From: Acetatifactor sp.
GTDB lineage: Bacteria; Bacillota; Clostridia; Lachnospirales; Lachnospiraceae
Length of the DNA: 64,000 bases
Assembly (NCBI GenBank): GCA_051880235.1
Contig: JBJENO010000036.1
Span: 615-64,614, forward strand
Reading direction: 5' to 3'
Position numbers and translations under genes: made by a program
Part shown: piece after piece, positions 50,581 through 58,629 of the stretch
Numbering within the stretch: position 1 is the first letter of the stretch
Layout of the letters: every line of letters begins with the position of its first letter
The notes under the pieces: generated by a model
What the model was told of the DNA's origin: nothing
The model's input: only the letters and a program-made list of their open reading frames with translations
The model's database searches: none

Positions 50581-51636
50581 TTATCGCTTCAACTCATAAT
50601 CTATCAGTGTCATCCTGTCATTCACAACCAATTCCTCACCGGTCCTGACAAATCCACATTTCTCATAGAGATGGCAGTTGCCCGGTTCCTGCAGGATGGT
50701 GTCCAGTCGCCATACCTTTACTTCAGGAAACATCGCGAACGCTTTCTGAATCGCAACATACCCCAAGCCCTGATTCTGGTATTTGGGAAGAACAAACAGG
50801 GGGCTGATGTAACAGACGGTATCGTCGCCCAGACTGGGGTTCCTGCCAAGATTGATGGCACCCACTCTGGCTCCATCCTTCACAATAAAATAATACTTCC
50901 TTGTGTTGAGTTTCGCCCTTGCTCTGACCTTCTCTATAGGTTCGATCGCCGGAGACCCGGCATCTTCATACTTCTCATATAAAGGCATAAAGCTCTCAAC
51001 CTGCATCTGATGAAGCTGCTCGATTTCCTCCTCCCGAACCTCTTCCAGCTTCACTCGATTCATCAGTTCTGTCACGGAAGGACCGAGGAGCCTAAAATGC
51101 TCCTTGATCATCCGCGCCACTTCTTCCGGCTCCAGATTCGTATTGTCGATCTTCATATAATTCTCGAAAGGAATCTCTCCCTCGTTGCTTACCAGACGAT
51201 ATTTGGTCTCCTCACGGAGCATCCGATCTTCCGAAACCACAATATCCCGCTTGGAAGCTTTATTCATCAATCGATTCTCCGTCTTATTCCGTTCAATTCG
51301 AACTTCCCTGTCTGCCACCAGTTCCACATAATAAACCGTTCCGCCCGTGGCTTCAAATTTGTCCGCCACTGATTTGATATAATCCCAATCCGACTGCATG
51401 TCAAATGCCCACATAAAGGTAAAAATCATTCCACTGTAAGCAGTCTTCAGAAAAGCATCGAAGATATCCTCCCGAAGCTTCTTGATTACCGCTCCGTCAA
51501 ATTTTCCGAAGATCTCTATCACCGGCTCGATCATCATATGATTGTGAAACAGCCTGTAATCCGTTATTTTCATCAATTCCTGGCCCACTGTCATTTTTCC
51601 GACAGCGCCACTCCCTATCAATACAATGAGATTCAT
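50581..51636 (-). CDS. P-loop (shikimate kinase-like) + GNAT acetyltransferase fusion
   Basis: GSGAVGKMTVG..FHNH N-domain; YQNQGLG and HLYEKCGF C-domain. Confidence 0.85.
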   Translation of the reverse strand: MNLIVLIGSGAVGKMTVGQELMKITDYRLFHNHMMIEPVIEIFGKFDGAVIKKLREDIFDAFLKTAYSGMIFTFMWAFDMQSDWDYIKSVADKFEATGGTVYYVELVADREVRIERNKTENRLMNKASKRDIVVSEDRMLREETKYRLVSNEGEIPFENYMKIDNTNLEPEEVARMIKEHFRLLGPSVTELMNRVKLEEVREEEIEQLHQMQVESFMPLYEKYEDAGSPAIEPIEKVRARAKLNTRKYYFIVKDGARVGAINLGRNPSLGDDTVCYISPLFVLPKYQNQGLGYVAIQKAFAMFPEVKVWRLDTILQEPGNCHLYEKCGFVRTGEELVVNDRMTLIDYELKR

Positions 51637-51676
51637 TTGTCACCTCCACAAAAACTAATGTGCTGCCCGATTCTCC

Positions 51677-52702
51677 TTATTGCCATATTGTTTTTTCCAG
51701 ATATCCGCAGGTAAATGGAAAGAAATCATATTTTTCAGTACCCGTATGTTCGAAACCAAAACGCTCATACCACCTTCTGAGAACGACATTTTCTTCTACA
51801 ATACCGATCTTCACTGTCCTCCTGTCAAACTGCAAAACCTTTTCAAAGCAGTCCTCCAACAACCTTTGTCCGATCCCCAGGTGTCTGTATCCCGGCAAAA
51901 CAGCCAAATTGTTCAATTCAACATCCTCATCATTTTGTATTGACAAAGAATAATATCCCACGATTTTTCCTCCAAGAAGATATACATACATCGGCCTCTT
52001 TTCCAGACAGAACTGGTAGCGTATTCTTCTGTCATCGGTGGCAAATGCAGTAAAACGGGATGCATTTTCCTCCGTAAAACCAAACTCATCCGCAACAGTC
52101 TGAAAGGAATTTCGTATAATCCGTACACATTCCGGTATTTCTTCGACAGACATATGTCTGATGATTCCGGCGCTGCTGTCGACCTCCTGCGTCAAATCGA
52201 TCCAATATCTCTGCTGCACAACTCCATCCACCACCGGCTCGTTCTCCAGGACGCCTCCGTTGTTCTGAATACTTCTTGCGGATCCGATGTTTTCCTTGTC
52301 GCAGACCATAAGCACCCTGTAGATTCCAATTTTTTTGCACTCCTCCAGCGCCAGTCCGATCATTTTAGTTGCGATTCCTTTTCTTCTTTCAGAAGGTCTC
52401 ACCCCGTCTCCAATATGACCGCCGTCAAGCAGCAGTGCCTCATTCAAATAGTGCCTGATATTCACGGCTCCCACCACTTTCTTGCGATCCTCATCCAGAC
52501 AAAAGAACGTAGAATCCGGAACTTTCCCATCTGCCAAAGGATCCCTGCTTTCAAGGTTTTCACAATAGAAGTGAAAGTCATGATAATCCGTTTTTCTTAT
52601 CGCGTATGGAACGATTTTCTCACCGGTTCCATACCACTCCTCCAGCATCTCACAGATTTGTTCTCTGTACTCTTCGGATGCTTTGATCAATCTCAGGTTC
52701 AT
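51677..52702 (-). CDS. Tandem GNAT-GNAT acetyltransferase
   Basis: GGHIGDGVRPSERRKGIA, plus LAVLPGYRHLGIG..WYERFGF. Confidence 0.9.
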   Translation of the reverse strand: MNLRLIKASEEYREQICEMLEEWYGTGEKIVPYAIRKTDYHDFHFYCENLESRDPLADGKVPDSTFFCLDEDRKKVVGAVNIRHYLNEALLLDGGHIGDGVRPSERRKGIATKMIGLALEECKKIGIYRVLMVCDKENIGSARSIQNNGGVLENEPVVDGVVQQRYWIDLTQEVDSSAGIIRHMSVEEIPECVRIIRNSFQTVADEFGFTEENASRFTAFATDDRRIRYQFCLEKRPMYVYLLGGKIVGYYSLSIQNDEDVELNNLAVLPGYRHLGIGQRLLEDCFEKVLQFDRRTVKIGIVEENVVLRRWYERFGFEHTGTEKYDFFPFTCGYLEKTIWQ

Positions 52703-52779
52703 TCTGTTCCCCTACCTCTCCTTTTTCTGGGTGCCTTCGGCACCGCTTGGTTTTGTCTGCTCTTTGCACTCACGAAAAC

Positions 52780-52807
52780 GACCACTTACCCGTAAAAGTA
52801 AGTGGTC
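52780..52807 (-). terminator. Attenuator terminator (leader 1)
   Basis: GACCACTTAC-ttttacgg-GTAAGTGGTC-gttttc, between the leader ORF and the GNAT gene. Confidence 0.75.
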
Positions 52808-52844
52808 AACATGGAAATGTATCCTGTATTCTGAAATAATATCT

Positions 52845-52949
52845 TCACCTGTAACCACTCATTTTACGTACGACACTTAGACCATACACATGATAAATGT
52901 GCATAGCTTCTGCGGTAGAATATGTATTTTCGGCTACAAATTTGCTCAT
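52845..52949 (-). CDS. Putative 34-aa leader peptide MSKFVAENTYSTAEAMHIYHVYGLSVVRKMSGYR
   Basis: RBS GAAAGGGA; paralog at 61227-61337 conserved through synonymous codons. Confidence 0.75.
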   Translation of the reverse strand: MSKFVAENTYSTAEAMHIYHVYGLSVVRKMSGYR

Positions 52950-52981
52950 CTAAATTATCCCTTTCAGAAAATATTGTGTTT

Positions 52982-53010
52982 AGATTACTCCGCAATCTGT
53001 AAATTGTCAA
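52982..53010 (-). promoter_or_regulatory. sigma-A promoter (leader 1)
   Basis: TTGACA-17-TAATCT; identical hexamers in the paralog. Confidence 0.75.
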
Positions 53011-53055
53011 TCATTTTTTGAAATTATCTGAAACATATATTTCTTCAATAAAAAC

Positions 53056-53081
53056 AAGGGCAAGCCCTCAGGCCTGCCCTT
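53056..53081 (-). terminator. Intrinsic terminator after the DUF1062-like gene
   Basis: AAGGGCAGGCC-tgag-GGCTTGCCCTT-gttttt. Confidence 0.75.
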
Positions 53082-53087
53082 TCTCTT

Positions 53088-53393
53088 TTACTTGAATTCA
53101 GCACCATTTCGTTTTAAAAAATCAATATCATTCCCATAGGTTTGTGCAGTCACTTCATCGTTGCACAGGAATAATTCATAGAGTTCCGGGGGGATTTTCC
53201 TCGGTTTTGTCCTCTCATAGATGGTAAGATTCCAGGAATGTTTGCACTTTTTACACCTGTAGATCAGCCAGACATCCACATTGTTTCCATTTGCATTCAC
53301 TCGGAATCTTCCGGAATTGATAAACTCCTGCTTCTTTCCACAGCCTCCGCAACGATGAAACACACGCACGGTATTCCGTTCAGATCTCATCAT
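53088..53393 (-). CDS. DUF1062-like zinc-ribbon protein
   Basis: CGGC..FINSGRFRVNANG..DVWLIYRCKKCKHSWNLTIYER. Confidence 0.85.
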   Translation of the reverse strand: MMRSERNTVRVFHRCGGCGKKQEFINSGRFRVNANGNNVDVWLIYRCKKCKHSWNLTIYERTKPRKIPPELYELFLCNDEVTAQTYGNDIDFLKRNGAEFK

Positions 53394-53664
53394 TCGCTTT
53401 TGCAGCCTTACCTTCGCGAATGATTCTCTGAATACTTTTCTCAGAGAGAGCATACCTCTCCGCAAGAGAGCCTATCGCTACGCCCTCCCGATATTCCAGA
53501 TAGATCTGCTGATTTCTCTTCTGCAGAAACCGTTTTGTATTTGTTTGACTTCCCCATGCCTGCTTTCCTACGCAGGGAATGTAGATTGCTTTTCCTTGAA
53601 CATATTGCTGAATAGTCTCTAATAATTCTTGCGGCAGAACTTCTTCTGCTCTTAAATAGCTCAT
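53380..53664 (-). CDS. CD3324-family (Mor-like HTH) protein
   Basis: MSYLRAEEVLP.ELL..IQ.YV.G..IYIP; RNQQI..LAERYALSEKSIQRII. Confidence 0.85.
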   Translation of the reverse strand: MSYLRAEEVLPQELLETIQQYVQGKAIYIPCVGKQAWGSQTNTKRFLQKRNQQIYLEYREGVAIGSLAERYALSEKSIQRIIREGKAAKANDEI

Positions 53665-53736
53665 TGTATCCTCCTAAATATGTATTTCTCTTAGGATTCA
53701 TCTGAGCTTCACTATTCAACACATTGTAAGCTCAGA

Positions 53737-53766
53737 CTACTGAGCAGAAACATATCTCTTTCTCAT
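53737..53766 (-). CDS. Putative 9-aa leader peptide MRKRYVSAQ
   Basis: RBS AAGGAG; overlaps alternative hairpins upstream of the CD3324 gene RBS. Confidence 0.55.
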   Translation of the reverse strand: MRKRYVSAQ

Positions 53767-53781
53767 AGACAGATCACTCCT

Positions 53782-53887
53782 TTCTTCTATCTGAAACTTT
53801 ATACTGAATTTTTGAATTTGTAAACCTCAACATTTTTTCTAATCATTCATGCGCCAAGTACACGGCAAACAGTATTCGCTGTCCGAA
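53782..53887. repeat. Direct repeat copy 1 (106 bp): 3' end of the DUF1697 gene plus promoter TTTACA-17-TAAAGT
   Basis: Matches 56455-56559 with about 6 differences. Confidence 0.92.
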
Positions 53888-55515
53888 TCGTGATATCTCT
53901 CTGCCATGCACCTCACTTCTTCTCGAATCTTCTCCCGGATCTCCTCATCCATGATCTCCACACTGCTGCCATATTGCATTGCCCAATGGACGATCATAAA
54001 GGGGGATGTCCTCACCTTTACAATATCATACCCTTCCTCACAGGAAAGATCGGTTTTCTCGTAATGCTCTCCAAACCAATCGTGGAGAATGGTATAATCG
54101 GTATTTTTTATTTTGATATGGATATCCTTCGGCTCATCATAGGCCATATATAAATGCTCGGACATATATTTCTCAGGATCCCAACATGGATTGCTGATTG
54201 GGAGTCCCGCAAAAGCACAGACCTCTATCGGAACGATCTTTCCCGCATCATCCCTTACAATCTCGATATCAGACATCAGATCTACGCGATAGTGCCAGAT
54301 TCTCTTGTCCTCCTGTTTCATTCCGATACAGTAATAATTGTCGTGATAAACAACCAGGTGATACGGACTCAAGGTATGCATATACTCTGTTCCCGGCTCC
54401 AACTGATGGTCCGCCGTGTAACTGTTAACCCGAAAACGAATCTGCCCCAAATGGTTGATTGCCCGCTGAACCATTTTCAGATTCTCAATAAACCGATGTT
54501 TATCTTCCATCCTCCTCGAATGAAGGCGGCCGTGAATCGCACCCGGATTGAATTTCAGTTTCTCGCCGTCCCAAAAAGGGGTCTGATAATAGATACTGGC
54601 AGTCCCCATCAGCTTATTGATCAGTCTCGATTTTTCCTCCAAGGTATGTATATCCGAAAAGTATATGAGTTGAATCAGGGTGTCCAGCTCTTCATAAGTA
54701 AACTCGTGAACGTAGGAAAAATTGGTGATATCCGAAGATCTCCGACTGCCTTTTCCTCTTTGTTTTCCCTTCAGACGATCCTCCTGATATCCTTCATACT
54801 TAATCTTATAGTCACCCTCTTTTTCAACAGAGTACTCTTCAGGATTCAACTCCTCCAGCATATCCTCAAGTGTACTCGTAAGGGTATTGGGAGCTTCCAA
54901 CGGCGCTCCGTTTTGGAAACGGGCGATTCGATAGAGCCTTAACATTCTTCCCAGTTCATCCTTCGACAGACTGTGTTCCTCGTCCGTCAGCAGCCGAAGG
55001 ACTTGCAATACCTGCAACGTACGTCTCACTGCACTGTATTTTCCAAGGTCAGGGGCGTCTTCCACACAAAACAGCTCCTTGGATCCGGAAACTGTTCCTT
55101 CAACCTCGATACGGTTCCCCTGCAAAAAAGCTGATCTCCCCTGACGTTCTTCTGCCTCCTTCTCAGATCCCGTTCTTTCGGTCAACCCCAAAGAATTTAG
55201 CTGCAGTTTCAGCTCCTTCGCGATTTCACCATCTATATAGTGGGTCGCATAAGTCAAAAACTTTCCCTTGGCAGGTTGATAGTTTTTCATTGCCAGGACA
55301 AAACCCTGCCATCCTGCCATATAGAGATCTTCCTCTATCTCCTTACAATAGTTCTCTGACAGATCAAGCTTTCTAAGCCGTTTCCACCCACATTTATGAA
55401 TATAGCGGTCAAAATTTCCGCAAAGTTGCTCCCATGCGGCATTGTCCCCCTTTTTTACGTTTGATATAAGATCGTTGATTTCTTCGTCTGACAAATAATG
55501 CTCCGTTGAACCCAT
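53839..55515 (-). CDS. Sigma-70 region-2 + wHTH + WYL/WCX fusion protein
   Basis: GDNAAWEQL..EDLYMAGWQG...YQP.KG.FLTYATHYI (sigma region 2); TLSPYHLVVYHDNYYCIG..YRVDLM (WYL); HWAMQYGSSVEIM (WCX). Confidence 0.85.
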   Translation of the reverse strand: MGSTEHYLSDEEINDLISNVKKGDNAAWEQLCGNFDRYIHKCGWKRLRKLDLSENYCKEIEEDLYMAGWQGFVLAMKNYQPAKGKFLTYATHYIDGEIAKELKLQLNSLGLTERTGSEKEAEERQGRSAFLQGNRIEVEGTVSGSKELFCVEDAPDLGKYSAVRRTLQVLQVLRLLTDEEHSLSKDELGRMLRLYRIARFQNGAPLEAPNTLTSTLEDMLEELNPEEYSVEKEGDYKIKYEGYQEDRLKGKQRGKGSRRSSDITNFSYVHEFTYEELDTLIQLIYFSDIHTLEEKSRLINKLMGTASIYYQTPFWDGEKLKFNPGAIHGRLHSRRMEDKHRFIENLKMVQRAINHLGQIRFRVNSYTADHQLEPGTEYMHTLSPYHLVVYHDNYYCIGMKQEDKRIWHYRVDLMSDIEIVRDDAGKIVPIEVCAFAGLPISNPCWDPEKYMSEHLYMAYDEPKDIHIKIKNTDYTILHDWFGEHYEKTDLSCEEGYDIVKVRTSPFMIVHWAMQYGSSVEIMDEEIREKIREEVRCMAERYHDSDSEYCLPCTWRMND

Positions 55516-55532
55516 AAATTCGCCTCCGCTAA

Positions 55533-56393
55533 TCAAATTCTCTCTTTTAGTACATCAACTATTTTTTTTGCCCTATTTCCAATTATTTTCTTTGACACTT
55601 CATAATAATTCTGTACTATCATGTTGTATTCGTTATCTGTGACAAACTCAGTTTTTGATCGTCTACTCCTTCCAATATACTCTTTTGCCCTGAGTTCATA
55701 TGGAATATTGAACACATTAAAGGGCCGATTGTTTTGAACATAATCTTCCAGGAAAAAAGAAGCGACAAAATCATCAAATGCCATCCTTCCGTATTCCTCA
55801 TTCTCAAGAAAAGCATCCTCAAGTTCTTTAAAAAAACTGAAATATTCTGTGATTTGTTCCGGGTGCTTAAATTGATAAAATGCTCCAAGAAAACTATCAA
55901 AATAATCCTGCATAGAGCAATAGTTTGATCTTCTGGTATTCACATTCAATCTATTCGGAATCACGATAAAATTTCCAATAGAGTGATATAGATCACAGAA
56001 TTTTTCAACATTTCTCATCAGTTCATCATCCAGATGATATCTCTTTGCCAATAACATTTCTCTGCCAAAAATGCTATGAAAAGAATTCATCGTATCTCCC
56101 CTGAAAGGATGTTTGATCACCCCCCAGGTTCCCAAATCATCAAATGTCAAATCAAAAAGATGCCCCCAGGTTATGATATAGATCGCCTGAGTAATATAAT
56201 ACATATCAGGGTCATTTATATTTCCTATATATGTATTTCTCTTTTTCGCATCAGGAATCTTTCTAATAAGCAAGGTAATGTCTTTATTTGCATATTCATC
56301 TATATTTCCGTTAAGAGCCTCTCTAACAAAATTCCTAATAATCGTTTGTGCATGAAGGTAATCCTTTGTATTTCGATATTCAAGTTTATCCAT
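55533..56393 (-). CDS. AT-rich hypothetical protein, possible His-Me-like nuclease
   Basis: RGDTMNSF and YHSIGNFIVIP...N..R..DYFD motifs; visibly AT-rich. Confidence 0.7.
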   Translation of the reverse strand: MDKLEYRNTKDYLHAQTIIRNFVREALNGNIDEYANKDITLLIRKIPDAKKRNTYIGNINDPDMYYITQAIYIITWGHLFDLTFDDLGTWGVIKHPFRGDTMNSFHSIFGREMLLAKRYHLDDELMRNVEKFCDLYHSIGNFIVIPNRLNVNTRRSNYCSMQDYFDSFLGAFYQFKHPEQITEYFSFFKELEDAFLENEEYGRMAFDDFVASFFLEDYVQNNRPFNVFNIPYELRAKEYIGRSRRSKTEFVTDNEYNMIVQNYYEVSKKIIGNRAKKIVDVLKERI

Positions 56394-56416
56394 ATTTTTA
56401 TGTTCCTTATTAGAAA

Positions 56417-56438
56417 CGGCCGGACTAAAGCCCGGCCG
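56417..56438 (-). terminator. GC hairpin between the duplicated promoter and the AT-rich gene
   Basis: CGGCCGGGC-ttta-GTCCGGCCG-tttc. Confidence 0.6.
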
Positions 56439-56454
56439 ATATTGACTTGAATCA

Positions 56455-56559
56455 TTCTTCTATCTGAAACTTTATACTGAATTTTCGAATTTGTAAACCT
56501 CAACATTTTTCTATGCATTCATGTGCCAAGTACGCGGCAAACAGTATTCGCTGTCCGAA
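56455..56559. repeat. Direct repeat copy 2 (105 bp)
   Basis: Matches 53782-53887. Confidence 0.92.
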
Positions 56560-57049
56560 CTGTGAGCTTCTCAGCAATGCCTGTACCGGCTGTTTTTTTC
56601 CACCAGTTACATTTCTGATATGCCTTTCTGTCGAAAGTCCAAAAAATCACATTCTGATAAATTTTGATCTTTTCGAGATTCTCCGATGGCTCTCCCACCA
56701 AAGTACAGATTTGTTCCGGCGTATCCGAGGACAGAATAAAGATCAGGTTATCATACTGATCTTTATCTCCCAAATTCCACCACTCCGGCGCGTGAAAAAT
56801 GATATCCCTCAAATCATCCAATAAAATTACATAAGCAGAGATTTGAAGCCCAAATCGATCCGCAATCATCTTTTCAATCCTGTTCGCTGCCACATCTGTT
56901 TCAGCAGTAAATGTTACATTACCGCTATTTAAGTAAGTGGATACCTCACAAAAGCCTGCTGCTTCAAATGCTGCTTTCAACTCCGGCATACTGATTTTGT
57001 TTTTACCGCTTATATTGATCCCTCTAAGAAAAGCCACATATTTTTTCAT
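56519..57049 (-). CDS. DUF1697 family protein
   Basis: YVAFLRGINISGKNKISM, VSTYLNSGNV and TVRTANT motifs. Confidence 0.92.
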   Translation of the reverse strand: MKKYVAFLRGINISGKNKISMPELKAAFEAAGFCEVSTYLNSGNVTFTAETDVAANRIEKMIADRFGLQISAYVILLDDLRDIIFHAPEWWNLGDKDQYDNLIFILSSDTPEQICTLVGEPSENLEKIKIYQNVIFWTFDRKAYQKCNWWKKTAGTGIAEKLTVRTANTVCRVLGT

Positions 57050-57141
57050 CGAAACCCTCCCTGTTTTCTTCCGGTAATCTGCTTCATGGCGGCAGTCTTC
57101 ACTCCGATTGTCATCATTTTCCGAAAGAAGTCCCCGTTGGG

Positions 57142-57885
57142 TTAGAAAATATTCGTGGGCTGGTAACAGATCGCACTTCCGTCAGCGTCATAAACATGAA
57201 TCTTAGCGGTTCCGCCAAACCATTGATACGCTCCATCCTGATCCGTCACTTCCGAATCGGTTTGATTCACAAGCTCACGGATTCCTCGTTCCACCATATC
57301 AAACAACAGAATATCCTCCGGCACTCTCGTATGTCCGTGCAGAATGAAATCGGCTCTGCCCTTCAGGAAATCCAGCCGCTCCAATTCCCTTAAGTAGTCT
57401 GCCAAAGGAGAGCATCCATCCAACTGCATCCAGAGGTGATGATTCATGCCGTCCCCCGGGAAGAGAATACGCTCCTCCACAAGCAAAAGGCATAGTTCTC
57501 CGGGCGTATGCCCAGGCAATTCATATACCTCCACATGCAATCCGCCGAGATCGAATACATCCCCCTCCCGTACAGGGTGCAGTGCGGGTACTTTATCCAG
57601 ATTGCAGGGTTCCGTGAACATATCCACAAATGGCATGTCCGCAGGATGCATATACGCATCTTTGAAAAAATGATTCCCTCCGATGTGATCAGGGTGTACG
57701 TGAGTATTGACCAGAATCAGCGGTAAATCGGTAATGGATCGAACCACTTCATATACATTCTCACTTCCATTCATGGTATCAATCACCAAAGCCTTTGTGT
57801 TTCCCACCACAACATACCCGGATGAGCCCTGATCATCCATCAGCCACACATAATCGGTTAATTTACTGACATTAATTTTACTCAC
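57142..57885 (-). CDS. MBL-fold metallo-hydrolase (GTG start inferred)
   Basis: THVHPDHIGG, PGHTPG, GD and HGH motifs. Confidence 0.9.
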   Translation of the reverse strand: MSKINVSKLTDYVWLMDDQGSSGYVVVGNTKALVIDTMNGSENVYEVVRSITDLPLILVNTHVHPDHIGGNHFFKDAYMHPADMPFVDMFTEPCNLDKVPALHPVREGDVFDLGGLHVEVYELPGHTPGELCLLLVEERILFPGDGMNHHLWMQLDGCSPLADYLRELERLDFLKGRADFILHGHTRVPEDILLFDMVERGIRELVNQTDSEVTDQDGAYQWFGGTAKIHVYDADGSAICYQPTNIF

Positions 57886-57967
57886 ACTGATTATCCTCTC
57901 TCCATCCCCGGAATATCGCTCCGAGTAAAGCTCGGCCTCTGTTCCGCCCTCTTCGGCACACAACTTC

Positions 57968-58603
57968 TTACCGCAATACATTGGATCTTGAATAAATGTA
58001 AAACAATTCCTGCGTATATTGATAGCCCTTCTCCATCTGTTCAAAAGAACTGTCGAACGCCTCAAATCCGCTCTCGTCTAATTGATGAGCCGGACTTTCT
58101 ATATATTTCCAGGATTTCTCTGAAAGAACATTGTCTCCCAGCACCTTCACCATTAGTGCCACAGGAAATACATCTTCTTCCAAACACACATTGTATCGCT
58201 TGCAATTTTTGAATCCATAGCAAGCATAGTTCTCAGGATTTCCCCAAATAACTATCGTGTCATATCCAAGCTTTTTTGCCGCCTCAAAGGAATGATTCAG
58301 AAGCTTTCTTCCATATCCTTTTCTCTGATAATCCGGATGAATCGTAAAGGATCCAAAAGAAAGAATTTCTTTCTCAGTACCATCATCAGCAATCAGTTTT
58401 GCTTTCACATATAAAATGTGACCTATGATTATTCCATCCTCTTCTATCACGAAATCCAATTCCGGAATAAAATCTTCACTCTTGCGAACCTCATGTGCAA
58501 AATAATGTTCATTGCATCCCGGCACAGATAAATTCCAAAATGCCTTCTTTATCATTTCTTCCACGGCTCTATAATCTTCCGGTTTTTCATTTCTTATGAT
58601 CAA
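57968..58603 (-). CDS. GNAT acetyltransferase (YhbS-like)
   Basis: IRNEKPEDYRAVE and IHPDYQRKGYG motifs. Confidence 0.9.
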   Translation of the reverse strand: MIIRNEKPEDYRAVEEMIKKAFWNLSVPGCNEHYFAHEVRKSEDFIPELDFVIEEDGIIIGHILYVKAKLIADDGTEKEILSFGSFTIHPDYQRKGYGRKLLNHSFEAAKKLGYDTIVIWGNPENYACYGFKNCKRYNVCLEEDVFPVALMVKVLGDNVLSEKSWKYIESPAHQLDESGFEAFDSSFEQMEKGYQYTQELFYIYSRSNVLR

Positions 58604-58629
58604 GGCTTCTTCTACTCCTTTCTTCTGAA

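Noticed and set aside
52770-53010. T-box or metabolite riboswitch interpretation of the paired leaders
   Set aside because: No T-box (UGGNACC) or known aptamer motif seen; conservation follows codons
54154-54942. 262-aa plus-strand ORF
   Set aside because: Antisense to the WYL gene
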